Positions 22,535 through 36,916 of a DNA stretch of 64,000 bases are shown in pieces; positions within the stretch are counted from its first letter, which is position 1, and each line of letters opens with the position of its first letter. Position numbers and translations under genes: made by a program. Origin of the DNA: Mobula hypostoma (Eukaryota). The notes under the pieces are model-generated. The model was not told the DNA's origin, searched no databases, and saw nothing but the letters and a program-made list of their open reading frames with translations. Location of the stretch: the NCBI RefSeq assembly GCF_963921235.1, contig NC_086109.1, positions 11,904,001 through 11,968,000 on the forward strand, read 5' to 3'.

Positions 22535-25500
22535 TTTTGTAAGAATAGCAGAATGAACAGGATAAGAACAAACAGACAGGGTCATCAAGGGTGAAGTAAA
22601 ATCCGTATCTTATAATAGAAAAAATGAATAGAGAAATGGGTTATATTGCTGTATCAAGGTTAACCAAACTCTTATGTCCATAATTGTCCTTCAAAGTCTC
22701 AGGGGACCTTAAGATCCATGACTTTAAAGTCCATTCTGCAGGTTCCTTCATAGGAAGAAATAAAACAAAGTTCTTCAAACCAAATAAATGTACAATGATG
22801 AAGTCATTTCAGGTTCAACTAAAATGTCCAATTTTCCTAGTATCTTTCAAATTTTTTCGTGGCATGTCTCAGAAAGAAAGTCAATCGTTCCATAACATAA
22901 TTTTCTTGAACTTTTTCTATCCATTCCAGGACTGTAGGAGACTCTTTGCTTAGCCATTTCCTGGTAATCGCTTTCTTACTGGCTGCCAGTAGTATTTGTA
23001 ACAAATCTCTTTCATGTTTTTTGAGCCCATTTGGTACATTACCGAAATAGATAACGTTAAAGTCAAAATTAATCTCTGGGATGATTATTGACCTTATCTT
23101 TTTTACCACATCTAACCAACAAGACAAAGTCTTGGACACTCCCAGAAAATATGAAAATGATCAGCAAACACATTCTCCAATATTGACCTTGTTCAGGTCT
23201 GTTAATTTGTAACTTTATTTTTGGCGTTATGAAAAATCTTAAGGTATTTTTCCAGGTGAATTCCCTCCACAGACCTGAGCTTGAAGTAATTGAATGTGTT
23301 CTGCATATGTTTAACCCATCATCTTCTGTCAATTTTATGTTGGCTTCTTTCTCCCATTTTGATTTAACATACATTGTGGAGAGATTGTAAAATCGAGTAA
23401 ATCCTGGTTATCAGTTTCTTTTTAATATTACCTTTATACACATCAATGAATATATTAACCAGACTTAACCCCATCTCTCCAATAGTTTTAATATTTTTAT
23501 TAAAATATTGTCTTAGTTAAAGATATCTAAAGAAGTCTTGTTTCTCTAAGTGATATGTTTCTGTGAGTTGTTGAAAGGACTCCAAACGCTTAATGGAGGA
23601 TATTGTACAGAATGAAGTGATTCTCTTACTTGTCCAATGTGCAAATCTACTATCCAATTGTGCTGGGATAAATTCTGTGTTATGTGCCACTCAACTTAGT
23701 ATTCTTACATTTCTTTCAAATTTTGGGTCTTTAAATTCTTTATACCAGATGCTTAGAGGGACTGTTGTCCACAGAGTCAATTTGATTAAATGCTTCTTTT
23801 GGAGTGTTTTATCTCCCAGTAAAGATTGGAGAGGGATATTTATTAGACTTTGTTCTAAATCCTTCCACTTTGCCTCACAATGAGGGTCACACCAACAGAC
23901 CAGACTGCGCAGCTGTACTGCTCTATAATAATCTTCAAAGCAAGGCACAGCAAATCCTCCTTTATCCTTATGCAGCTGTAATGTCTGAAATCTAATTCTT
24001 GTTTTCTGTTTTCCCCAAATAAATGTTGAAATCATTCTTTTCCATTCATTAAATTGCTTAAAAGGTACTTCAACAGGCAATGATTGAAAAAGAAAGAGCA
24101 ATCTAGATAATACATTCATCTTTACGGCTTCTATTTGATTATACAAATGAATTGGCAGCAATGGCCATCTATTTAAGTCTGCCTTAATATCAGCTGTTAT
24201 GGGAATATGATTATTTTCGTACATAGTAAATAAGTCTTCAGGTATTTGCACTCCTAGGTGCTTAATAATATTACCTTTCCATTTGAATTTACTCATTCTG
24301 TAAATGTTTCCTTGTGGTTCATAATTAAAATTTAAAGTTTGGGTTTTAAATAAATTTAATTTATAGCCAGAGTAGGAATCGAATTCTTTCAGAAGGGATA
24401 AAAATTTTGGGCAAACCTGCACTGGGGACTGGTAAGAGTCACGAGAATGTCATCCGCATATGGACAAATCTTATATTCTGTATCTCTGATCAGTACACCT
24501 GTTATAATATTGTCTTCTCTAACTGCCTGGGCCAATGGCTCAATAAAAAGAGTGAAAAGCATGGGGCTTAGGGGGCACCCTTGTCGACATCCCCTTTCAA
24601 GAAATATTATTTTAGATAAATTCCCATTTATTTTGATTCTGGCTGTAGGGGAAGAATATGAAGATTTCAGACATCCAACTACCCGATTATTAAAGCCAAA
24701 CCGCTTAAGTACCAAGTAGAGATATTCCCATTGTACCGAGTCAAAGGCCTTTTCAGCATCAAGGCTAATTACTACAGATTCCAGGTTGTAGGAGGGGAGG
24801 AGAAGATGGCGGCGCGATGCAGTGCTCGCGGCCACTCTGAATTGATAGCGTGTTTGTGATGTAGGATGCCGTGCACATTCCTGATTTGATGGAGACAGCC
24901 GTGAGAAGCACCGAGGAACATCTGGAGAAACTTCTGTAATGCCTGCTTCGCTGCTGCTGCGCGATCGAGAATCTCCGGAGGAGAAGGCCCCAGATCCTCG
25001 GCTTTGCCTATTGCCTGTTGAAGGGGCCGGGGTCCAAGCGCTCGGCAGAGATGGTGCTCAGTGTTGGAGAGCTGGTCGGAGGCTCAGAGTTTTCGGACGG
25101 ACTCGGAGTTGGACTGTGGTAAGGACGTTAAGAAATTAGATATGTCTGCTAACTCTGCAGCTTTGGGTTGAGCGTATAACATTGTGCAGTACTTTTCCAA
25201 AGATTTTTGAAAATCTTCCAATTTGTGAAGCATCTTATTAGTCAGGGTGTCTTTCACCCTATGTATAGATCTCTCAGCCTGTTGTTTACGTATTCTCCAT
25301 GCAAGTAATTTCTTAGATTTCGGACCATTCTCATAGAAATTTTGTTTAACAAACTTAGCTCTCTTCTCAACTTCACTTTCATAAATATTATAGAGTTCAT
25401 TTTGTATCCAGAATTTGATTCAAGACATTACTGTCATTATACTCCATATGCTTACTCTCCAAAAATTGTAATTTTTCACTAAGATCCTTGATTTGTTTGT

Positions 25501-28428
25501 CTCTTTCCTTTTTCTTCTGAGCTGACTACTTTATGAGTTTACCCCTAATAACAGCTTTTGCAGCATCCCACAGAGTGCTGGGGGACACTGTTCCTTATCA
25601 TTATATATCATATAATCTTCAAACTCTTTTTTTAGGTATTTTAAACATAGGGGTTCATTCAAAAGACTGGTATTAAGTCCCACCAGGTACCTTTGCATTT
25701 GTTGTCCAAATGTAATGTTAAGTAAACCCCTGTCTGGTCAGCGTTGTCTCTTACCCCTATATCGCATTTTATAATCCTTTGTCTCTCTGAATTGAACATA
25801 AAAAAATTAATTCTTGAGCACACGGAGTGGGTGTGAGAAAAAAAGGTGAATGGTTTATCAAGTGGGTGTAACTCACTCCATATATCTATCATGCCTATTT
25901 CTTTGAGCAGTTTCTTGACGTGTAATGTTTCTGGGTTTATCTTTTTTGTTCTATTTGAGGAGCCCAGGGAAGGATGTAATTGAATATTCCAGTTCCCCCC
26001 ACATATTACCACACCAGATGTTTCCATAGATATCATATTAAAAACCATCTTAATCAACTGTTTATCATTTTCTGGTGGTCCGTAAACATTCAGTAGTGTA
26101 ACTTCTTTATGATCAATAAAAACCTTCACCAGTAAATAACACCCTTCTTTGTCTGTAATCTGCAAGGAAAACTGGAAATTTACTTTATTTGAGATTAATA
26201 TTGCAACTCCCCTTGTATTTCCCCTCTCAAAAGAAGAGTAAGAACAATTTTTAAATCTCATTTTGCGTAACTTCTCATGTTCAATCTTTGAAAGGTGAGT
26301 TTCTTGCCAAAAAATTATATCTTGGTTTTCTCTCTTCATTTTAGCTATAGCCTTACTCCTTTTGATTGGGTTCTGTAACCCATTCATATTAAGGGTGATT
26401 ACTCTGTATTCTTGTTATGGCATTCCACACCAATAAAAAAAGGGTTTATATAAATAGTTAAATATCCCTAGATGACCTAAACAAATGAACTTCTGTCTGT
26501 ACAACACACTAACATTTAACATATAAGCAAGACATATAACATCTGTGACTTCCATCCTTGAAGTTTAAACTAAACTTCTAAGTCAGGGGTGGAGGGGGAG
26601 CCCTTAAACCCGAAGGGGCCCCTCCTAGTGCAGGTTGATGCCTCTGAGTAATTGAAATCAGGACTGTGTACAAACAAAAACAGAGTCAAACATCAGCTCC
26701 CAGGTTTGTGGTCAGTTATAGTAATAAGAGCTTACAGAGGAAAGATTGTTTATGTTCTATTTTTAAGTTCTTAATACAAAGTCAATTATAGTTTGGTGTT
26801 AAGGTACATCAAGTCAAGTCAAGTCATCACTTTTTATTGTCACTTCAACCATAACTGCTCGTACAAAACATAGTAAAAATGAGACAATGTTTTCTAGGAC
26901 CATGGTACTACATGAAACAACACAAAAACTACACTGAACTATGTAAGAAAAAACACAAAAACTACACTAGACTACAGACCTATCCAGGACTGCATAAAGT
27001 GCACAAAACAGTGCAGGCACTACAATAAATAATAATTAATAATAAACAAGACAGTAGGTGCCTTTTTCCAGGTGGCAGGAGGGAGAAGAGTTTATACGAG
27101 GGGTGCGTGGGGTCCTTCATAATGCTGTTTGCTTTGCGGATGCAGCGTGTGGTGTAAATGTCTGTGATGGTGGGAAGAGAGACCCCAATAATCTTCTCAG
27201 CTGACCGACCTGGCTGATGGATATTTCATCACTATACCTTTAAGAGCTCTCATGCAGTATCTTTGTTGCGTTGAAATTCCTTTAGCTTGTCCTGGATGCT
27301 TTTCAGATGTGTTTCTCGGTCCCAGCGGGATTTTGTAGAAGCTGCCTCCCAGGAAAGTTGTCTCAGTTTCGCGTGGCCGTGCCTTCCGCAGAAGCCACGA
27401 TTCAGGGACAGTCCAGGAAAAATTCCTCTGTTCTTCAAGTCTTCTGTCACCTCCGATGCGTTATTGCAGATGACTTGTCCAGTGTCAAAAAACACTTGAA
27501 GTTTGGCTGGGTAAAGAGTCTGGAACCGGAGCCCCTTTTCTTTAAGCGTCTTTCTGATGGTGGAGCAAGCTTTTCTTTTCATAAGTATTTCGGTCGGGTA
27601 GCCTTGATCAAAAAATACTCTTTTCCTGTCATAATAAATCTCTCGTTTTTCCCAAGCAGAGCGAAGCACCAACTCTTTAATTTTATACTCCAGAAAGTAG
27701 ATGACCACGGACCTTGGGTTGGAACCTTGTGGTGGTTTGAATCCAAGAGATCGATGGCAGTGTTGTATGCCGAGGGCGGCATCGGGAAGGAACAATTCTA
27801 TTTTAATAATTTTTTTCCAGGAACTCCTGTATGTTGTCTCTTTCCACCCACTCGGAATTTCCGTCCATATGTATGTTATTCCTCCGTGAACGCACCTCCA
27901 GGTCCGTTAGTTAAGCTTGAATGATCTCCTGAAGTTCCAGTGTGTGGAAATGAACCTCCCTGGCTTCAGCATTCCATTCCTCCACTTCTGCCATCCTTTG
28001 CTCCATATCCTCAAATCTACCCATTATTTCTTTTAAATCACCAACAATAGCATTCAGCTTCTGGTTAATTTCTTCTCTGAAAATCCACCAGTTTCTTCTT
28101 CAGAAAACCCAAAGTATCACTCAGTTCTTTTTTCATGTCCGACCGAAGCGTCTCTATTTCGGCCATGATGTTATTAAGAACAGCCTCCATATCCTTGTGT
28201 TCAGCTTGATTGCTCGAGCCGTCGTCAGTGTCCTCGCTGTCAGTCGGTATTTTATCCCTTTTCTTTGGGTTTTGTTGCGGTTTTCCTCGTCTTTCTTTTG
28301 TTTCCCCCTTTCATGCTACAGGACACACTTTTCTATTTAAATAACCGTTCATTATTTAGGGGGAAATAAGACCATCTGGGAGCCCTTACTGATTATGCTA
28401 CTGGCTGTATCTACGCCATACCGGAAGT
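22535..28428 (-). mobile_element. L1/Tx1-clade LINE, near full length, degenerate
   Basis: 5' end ACTTCCGG. ORF1 remnants 27250-28310 (HRSLG, VFFD, FQTLYPAKL), endonuclease 25659-26387 (NGLQNPIKR, QETH), RT 24389-24835 and 23691-24422 (SLDAEKAFD, GCRQGCPLSP, YADD). Confidence 0.92.
24790..25130 (+). mobile_element. Second copy (5' part) of the GAAGATGGCGGCG repeat, inside the L1
   Basis: Homology to 9214-9900. Sits at a junction where part of L1 ORF2 is missing. Confidence 0.6.
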
Positions 28429-28879
28429 CTGTTCATGGGTACTTTTTCATTGATGATATTGTCTTACTTTGTATTTACTGTGAATGAATGCCCAAAAGTA
28501 AATGTATGTAAGGATAGTATATGGTGACAAATGTAGTATGTACTTTAATAATAAATTTAAGTTTCTTTTCTGAGAATGATGCAACAATTTGATCAACATA
28601 ACATTAAAAATGATTGAAATCGGGTATATTTCCAGTCAATATTCAAAGGTCTTAAAAATGATTGAACAATGGAATTAAAAGTTGGGCATTGACAAAATGA
28701 GTGGTTACAGCTTGATGCAGCTTGCAGTGGTCAGTGGAGTGTGAATCTGCAAATAGAAGTTGCTACTTCTCTTCGAGTTGACATGTGACTGTAACCCATG
28801 GATGTACAATTAGCCTCTCAGCAGCTACATGAAGGGAGCTACAGTACCTCTGCTATCTCCTCCGCTTCCAGACACACTT

Positions 28880-31200
28880 TTCCACTGTCACACTTGATTG
28901 GTCCTATTCTCTCATGTCCTATCCTCTTGCTCTTCACATACTTGTAAAATGCCTTGGGGTTTTCCTTAATCCTGCTCGCCAAGGCCCTCTCATGGCCCCT
29001 TCTGGCTCTCCTAATTTCCTCCTTCCTGCCAGTCTTATAATTTTCTAGATCTCTATCATTACCTAGTTTTTTGAATCTTTCGTAAGCTTTTCTTTTCTTT
29101 CTGACTAGATCTTCTGCTGCCTTTGTACACCACAGATCCTGTACCCTACCATCTTTTCCCTGTCATTGGAACAAACAATGCAGAACGTCACACAAATATC
29201 CCCTGAACATCTGCCACATTTCTGCCGTACATTTCCCTAAGAACATCTGTTCCCAATTTATGCTTCCAAGTTCCTGCCTGATAGCTTCATATTTCCCCTT
29301 ACTCCAATTAAATGCTTTCTGAACTTGTCTGTTCCTATCTCTCTCCAATGCTATGGTAAAGGAGTTAGAATTAAGATCATTATCTCCAAAAATCTCTGCC
29401 ACTGAGAGACCTGACACCTGACCAGGTTCTTTTCCCAATACCAGATCAAGTACAGCCTCTCCTCTTGTAGGCACATCTACAAATTGTATCAGGAAACCTT
29501 CCTGAACACACCTAACAAACTTCACCCCAACTAAACCCCTTGCTCTAGGGAGATGCCAATCAATAGTTGGGAAATTAAGATCTCCCACTACGACACCCCT
29601 CTTATTATTACACCTTTCCAGAATCTGTCTCCCTAAGTGCTCCTTGAAGTCCATGTTACTATTGGGTGGTCTATAATAAACACCCAGTTGAGTTATTGAC
29701 CCCTTCCTGTTCCTAATTTCCACCCACAGAGACTCAATGGACAATCCCTCTATGAATTCCTCCTTTTCTGCAGCTGTGACACTATCTCTGATCAGCAATG
29801 CCACGCCCCCACCTCTTTTGCCTCCCTCCCTTTCATTCTAAAACATCTAAAGCCTGGCACTCTAAGTAACCATTCCTGCCTCTGAGCCATCCAAGTTCCT
29901 GTAATGGCCACAACAACATAACTCCAAGTACTGATCCACGCTCTAAGCTCATCTGCTTTGTTCATGATGCCTTTTGCATTCAAATAGACACATCTCAAAC
30001 CATCGGACTGAACGCACCCCTTCTCTATAACCTGCCTATCCTCCCTCTCACACTGTCTACAAGCTTTCTCAATTTGTCAGCCAACTGTCCCTTCTTCTGT
30101 CCCTTCAGTTTGGTTCCCACCCCCCCAGCAACTTTTGTTTAAACTCTCACCAATAGCCTTAGCAATCCTCCCTGCCAGGATATTGTTCCCCATCGGATTC
30201 AAGTGCAACCTGTCCATTTTGTACAGGGCACACCTGCCGCAAAAGAGCTCCCAATGATTCAGAAATCTGAATCCCTGCCCTCTGCTCCAATCCCTCAGCT
30301 ACGCATTTATCCTCCGCCTCACTCTATTGCTGTACTCACTGTCGCGTGGCACAGGTAGTAATCCCAAGATCACTACATTTGAGGTCCTGCTTCTCAGCTT
30401 CTTTCCTAACTCCCTGTAGACTGTTTTCAAGACTCCCTCCCTTTTCCTTCCTCTGTCATTGGTACCAATATGTACCACGACCTCTGGCTATTCACTTTCC
30501 CACTTCAGGGTATCCTGGACGTGATCAGAAACATCCCAGACCCTGGACCTAGGAGGCAAATTACCATCCATGTGTATTTCCTGCATCCAGAGAATCTCCT
30601 GTCTGACCCCCAACTATAAAGTCCTCTATCACTGCCGCCATCCTCTTTCTTTCCCTATCCTTCTGAGCCACAGGGCTAGACTCTGTGCCAGAGGCAAGGC
30701 CACTGTTGCTTCCCACAGTTAGGTCATTCCCTCCACCCCCCCTCCAACAGTACTGAAACAGGAGCACTTATTGTTAAGAGTGACAGCCACAGGGATACTC
30801 TCTAGTATCTGACTCTTGCCCTTCCCTCTCCTAACTGTTACCACTTAAATGTCTCCCGAGGCCCCAGTGTGACTACTTGCCTATAGCTCCTCTGTATCAC
30901 CTCCTCATTTTCCCTGACCAGGCAAAGATCATTGAGCTGCACCTCCAGTTCCCTAACTCTCAACCTAAGGAGCTGCAGCTCGACGCATGTGGCGCAGATG
31001 TGGCCATCCGGGAGGCTGGGAGTCTCCTGGACATCCCACATCTGACATCCAGTACAGAACACCAGCCACACAGAGATACTTCTTATTCCACCCAAATAAC
31101 TTACCTTGCTTCAACTCCTTATTGCATAAGCCCATTGAGCCAAAGCCCTCCTACTCCGTCTCCCTCTACTCTGTGCCCACTCTATGAAGCTGTCATCGCG
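28880..31200 (-). mobile_element. CR1 LINE with ORF1 and endonuclease, internally deleted
   Basis: ORF 30838-31095 (FCTGCQMWD...CATCVEL), esterase remnants, endonuclease ORFs 29792-29998 and 29163-29804. Confidence 0.88.
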
Positions 31201-31994
31201 AATATAAGCAGGTGAAACTCTTCTTCAGCCACTCTAAAGGCTCCACATTCTTCCTGTTATGCAGCAACCAGAACTACCCACATTCTCCAAATATGGCTTA
31301 AGCAAAGTTTTATACAGCCACTACATGCTTTCCTGATATTTTTTTGTCTTAAGTCCAGACTGCAGCCTGTTCTACCACTGACATTACATCTGTTGGCGTT
31401 GCCACCTTCAAGAAGTTATAGATTTGCACTCCAGGGTGTGTACGTCCTTCTGGACCTATCTTGGTGATAATTCAGTCAAATCTGTTTTGGAGAACTTGCC
31501 ACTGAGGAAATAACAAAGCAGGACACAGATGTGATGTAGAAGGAGCTTTTCATGTGTACTCAGCATCCAACACTTGGCTTCATTCCCTCTAAAGGCTCTG
31601 TCAGTTCCTTGAAGCAAACTTTAAAACTCACCTCTTCTGAAATATATTCCATTGGTCAGTGCAATTTCAAGAGCTATGATGGGATTTCACTTTACTTCAG
31701 TTCAATGTTGGGGGAGGGGGGACAGCTGATTGGAATTACACATTCATGCACTGTGGTGACATGGATTTTATCACAGTGGTAAAATCCATATCAGCTCTGT
31801 TCTTGAGTCAAATCAAATCCATTTTGACATGAAATGGTCTCTGTGAGTCGCTTAAGTATTTCTCACAGAATGATACCGGACAAACATTGAAGAGGTCACA
31901 TATACAGTATCTATCTCCCCCTATAGACACTCTTACCTCTAATCTGCATCCCTTCACTCACCTTCTCAGCTAATAAAAGTTACCACTTCCACAA

Positions 31995-32400
31995 TACATG
32001 AACACAACAAATTCTGCAGATACTGGAATTCCAAAGCAACGTACACAAAATGTTGGAGGAGCTCAGCAGTTGAGAGCATCTATGGAAGTGAATAAACAGT
32101 CGATGTTTTGGGCCAAGACTTTTCTTCAGGACTGGGCAGGAAGGGGGAAAGACAGCAGAATAAAATGCAGGGGGGAGGAGGGAAAGAAGATATCTCGAAG
32201 GTGATAGGTGAAACCAGGTGAATAGGAAAGACAAAGGTCTGGAGAGGAAGGGATCTGATTGAAAAAGAGAGTGGACCCATGGGAGGAAGAGGAGTGGGAG
32301 AGAACCCGGGGGGAGGTGATAAGCATCTGAGAAGAGGTAAGAGGCGATACTGAGGCACAGAAGAAGTGGTGAGGTAGAGTGAGTTTTTCACAATATATCA
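31995..32400 (-). mobile_element. Penelope-like 3' terminal fragment
   Basis: Homologous to 49530-49950. Degenerate hammerhead at 32098-32133. Confidence 0.7.
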
Positions 32401-34839
32401 CAATATTTCATGATAATCCAGTTCTGAAAAAGTGTCTCCGCCTAAAACCTTAACTGCTTTTTCCTTTCCATAGATACTGCATGACTGGCTGAATTCCATC
32501 AGCATTTTTTGTCTGTTGCTCTGGGTTTCCAGCATCTATAGATTCTCTTGGGTTTGTAAATCTACCTTATCACTGTTTACCTGGTTAGAACTTTAGATGT
32601 TATTCGAAGTGGGATCTATCCAGTTTGTGCTGTGTGATTCTCTGCAGCAGATAAAATCCCAGTACAAGGGATAACAGTTGCCATGAATTTACACATATTG
32701 GAGAAGTAATGCATTCCGTCTAACTGTTGCATGATGATTTCATTGTAGTGTGAAAGCTGATGTGATCTGAAAAATAGTTTATTTATATTCACTCAAAACT
32801 TGAGGGCAATGTCAAAGTACTATATATGCAGAAAATGTTAAACCCCAAAATAATCCTCACACTTTTTGGTTTCGTAATTTAGCAAAAAAGAAAACTGACA
32901 TATGTAACCAGAATTTCCTGTCAATAAAAATAACCAGTTTCACTTCTGTTTTTCTGGTCAGGATCATAGAATTTACAACGTAGGAGGCTGTTCAGCCCTC
33001 TATTCAGTACTGGTCGAAAAAGCACTCAATGTTTTGGTCTTCCCTGGGTCCTCTGCCTGGCAGGTGACGGCTCTTCAAATACACCTTCCAGGCTCTGTTT
33101 TTGTGCTGAAGGTTCCTGCCTCTACAAACCCTTCAGGAAGTGAGATCCAGAATTGCACCACTTCCTCACTTCTCGGTGGATTGTCACCTTGTCATGTTGG
33201 AGAGACTTGTGAGTGATGTTGTCCAGGGGGTAGCTCCTGGTCTGGTCTCCGTTGGTGGAAAATTCAATGGGGGGTTCCAGACAACAAGGGATCCAAGTAA
33301 GACCTCAAAGGTGCAACTAATGGAAGATGATGACATCACAACGGCAGAGATGGCGGAGGAAGGCAGCAGCAGTGAAGGGTCCATCAGTCATCTTGTATTC
33401 CATGATATTGGACCCAAACCGAAATCTGTCAAGGACCAAGTTGTGGCTGCCCATGCATCAGCCTCCCTACATTAAACAAGATCCTGCACAGGTGTCCTCC
33501 ATTAAGGAAATCCACCATATCATGTCAGATTGACACAGCAAGTGGTGTAGGGGTCAGAATTGTGATGATGTGGATCTTACAGCCACCTGAGGACCCACCA
33601 ATAGACATACATGAGTCGAGTGATTATGTTACTACTACCGCTCCCTGGGAGAAAAGTGTTCTCCTCATTCCCCCTCTAATCCTAACAACAGTTAACTTTT
33701 AACCCAGGACCCCTATTTTTAACACCTCATCTAAGTGATCACAATTATTCGTGTTCAAACTTTTGATGCTCTTTATAATTTTTCACAAGTCAATTAAGTC
33801 TCCTCTTTGCCTCTTTAGTTTCAGACAAATTAACCCCAGCCAATCCAATCAATCCAATGGGTGAAGCACTCATTCCCAGGCAGCAGTCTCCCCAATGCAT
33901 TCTTGTCTTTCTGGTAATGTGGTGACCACAAATGACCACAGTGTTCAAGCCATGGGCATAACCACACTTCCCCTATATCCTTGGAATGTGCATATCAAGG
34001 AAGCTGTTTTGTCTGCCTTTCTAATCACCTTATCTACATCTTCAGTCACACTCAATGATCAGTGATCAAACTCAACAAGGTCCAACATCATCCTCACATT
34101 CCTCAATATCCTTGTATTTGCTTATCCATTAATACACTGGTGGTGGGGTGGAGATTCCTCTCCACCAAAGGAAGTGTAAGAAGCGCCTTACCTCTGGTAC
34201 CCTGTGGAGGTCACCCCTGGGCAAGGTGTAGCACCTGCTCAGTAACCCTCAGTCAGGGTCACGTGAAGCCATGGGAGCTGGTGGTAGATGGTCATATCAG
34301 CAGCTGGAGCATATCATGAATCCTGATTCTGCAACCACTGACATCAGTCAGACAAACTCTGGATGGGGCGTGACTGCATTCGGATATCACGCAAGTGTGG
34401 AGAGAGAGGGAGAGGGAGAGAAGGTGAGAGGAAGAGAGAGGGGAGGGAACGGGGAGAGAGAGAGAGAGAGAGCGATTGAAAGATTATCTGCCTCATTGCT
34501 TCAGTCGCTTCACACAGAAGAGAGTCAATCACCTGTAGCTTGTCCCCTGCCTGACCAATGAAGCTCAGGGCCAAGATCAGCTGTTTTTACTCTCTGCTGG
34601 ATCTCACTTTGGTGGTCTGAGACTTGCTGTCACGATGTTCGAATATGGCCAAAGTGCAGAGAGAGAGAGAGACACTGAAGCAGGTCAATAGTTCACAGAC
34701 TTTAACACAAACAGGATTTGAAGGGAAAAGTAAACAATAAACATGAGGCCAAACAGCGCCATTTACTGAAACTCTCAAAAGGAAAACTAGATGCCAACTC
34801 CACGGCTGAAAGGAATATCTAAATATAAAACGAATATTG

Positions 34840-35600
34840 CTCATCTCCAGCATCAGTCAACTGAATACTCCACTTTCTCAAGCAAGGCCCACCAAACTCT
34901 GGACATGTTTATATGTAGACTGCACAGGTCCATTGGACAGTCGGATGCTACTGGTTGTCATCGATGCGCTTTCTAAATGGAATGATGCCAAAGCGGTGAT
35001 GACATGGACTAGAATCCTCGATACTGTAATCTATGATAATGATCCCACGTTTACAAGTGAGGAATTCAAATTATTTTTTACAGGACAATGGAATTTGATC
35101 GCAACAACCCCCCCCCCCCCCGTCACCCATCATCAAACGGTATGACTGAGAGAGCTGTTCAGACTGTCAAGCAGGGGATACAAAAGTTGAATGGGGACAT
35201 ACACAACAGGATGAACAGTTTTTTTCAGGTACCTGATAACTTCACAAACCACCAGAGGTTTCATCTGAGCTAGTGATGGGCCACTGATGCATTCCCAATT
35301 GGATTTATTGTGCCTTGAGCCGGAAAACCAAGTAAGACACAGACAACAGAAAGGAAGTGCGGTACGATTCAAAAACAGAACATCGGAACTTTGAGGCAGG
35401 AGAGCCAGTTTATGCTCACCCAAATCCTGAGAGCTGAATGTGGATGAAAGGAGAAGTCATGGTGAAAGAGGGCCAGTAGGTTACTTCAGCGCTTGAGGAT
35501 GGTAGTGTATGCCATCGACATCTAGACCACATCAGGAAACAGAAAGTATATCCATTGTTGCCGAACAAGTTGGTGAACAAGACCAGTTAGCCCCAACAGG
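34840..35600 (+). mobile_element. Gypsy/Ty3 integrase relic
   Basis: Decayed core: LYVDCTGP..MLLVVIDALSKW, DNDPTFTSEEF, HPSSNGMTERAVQTVKQG. Confidence 0.8.
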
Positions 35601-36223
35601 TTAACCCCACAACCTATCAAAGTGGAATTCCCATTTGAAAGCACCGAATCTGGACCAACACTCAATCCTGTAGTTTCTGGATTGCGTAGATCAGAACGGA
35701 CCAGAAAACCAGTGAAATATTATTAGGCTGGTTTCCCCTAAAATCTTACAGGTGGGGAGGTGTCCTATCCACTGAGCTACTGTTTATTGGTTTGTCATGA
35801 GACATCACGGGATTGGCCAATTTCATCAGCTTGTCCAGCTATCAATTAAAGTTTGACCAACTGATTCCGTGCTTGTGAACGTGTTCGGTGTTTCTCGGTG
35901 ACTATGAATCAAGCAGATTTATTCTGCGACACTGTGTATAATAAATGTTCTTTCATTGTAAGAGACTGTGGATGATGAGGGAGAGGGTGAGGAAAGAGAG
36001 TGATCAGACTGTAAGAAGCTTGAGACATTTTCTTCCCTGCGCCACTCAGTTACTGGGTTGTCAACTCAAATAGCTAAATTAATCAGGTTATCCAGACTAT
36101 TCTGCTTGTCACGATGTTCTGCTGGACCCCTGCGTTCAGTCTATGTTGGAAGGCAGTGATGAGAGATCTCTTATTCCATCTCGTCTCTTCTGCAAGTGTG
36201 CTAAACATTTTCTAAATTATTTC

Positions 36224-36916
36224 TGTAGCCTCCCCCCGGCCACCCTCAGGGTCGCTCGGCTCGCTGTCGTCTAGGGAAACAGCCTCGGCCCCGGCAAACT
36301 GGGTAATTCGTTTGTGTGGATGCTGTGTGAGGTACCCCACCCCGCCCAAATAACAGACAATACACCAGATGCAATAAATAATATACAGTTTATAGATATT
36401 ACTGTTACTATATAATTAAGAGAGAATAAAATATAAAAGGAAAATAAAAGGCGCCACTTTTATCAAAGTTCAATCTCTTCGTGCACAAAACCCGTTGGAG
36501 CTCAAGGACCTTCTTCTTCACCCTGCGACCCCCTCGGACCACCTCCACCGGGCGCTTGGGATCAACAACGGTGGTCGACCAGACGCTCCACACGAGTCCG
36601 TCTCCGTCTCCTCGCCGAACGTCCCGCTCGGGGTCCGACCCCGTTAGCGGACTCACAGCACCTCGTCCATCCTCTGTCTCGCTCTCCCGCCTTCTGCCAC
36701 AAACCCCCCGCATACAGTATCTTCAAATACACCAAAACCATAACAACTATCCCAATTGGTTAACGCACTCTCTTATCACCCTCTTAAAAAAAACAAGCTA
36801 CTACCGTAAACTTTCTCAGCGTTTAACACAACAAAGCCACATTCCCCAGATTAACATTACAAAGACGCCATTTTAATTAGCCTCCGCAGTAACATAAAAG
36901 TCGGAACCCCCTTACA
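36224..36916 (-). mobile_element. Solo LTR (693 bp) with 4-bp TSD TTTC
   Basis: TG...CA termini, TTTC at 36220-36223 and 36917-36920. Strand is inferred, not certain. Confidence 0.75.

Noticed and set aside
34400-34470. (GA)n purine tract; also (TA)n near 54780-54813
   Set aside because: Ordinary microsatellites.
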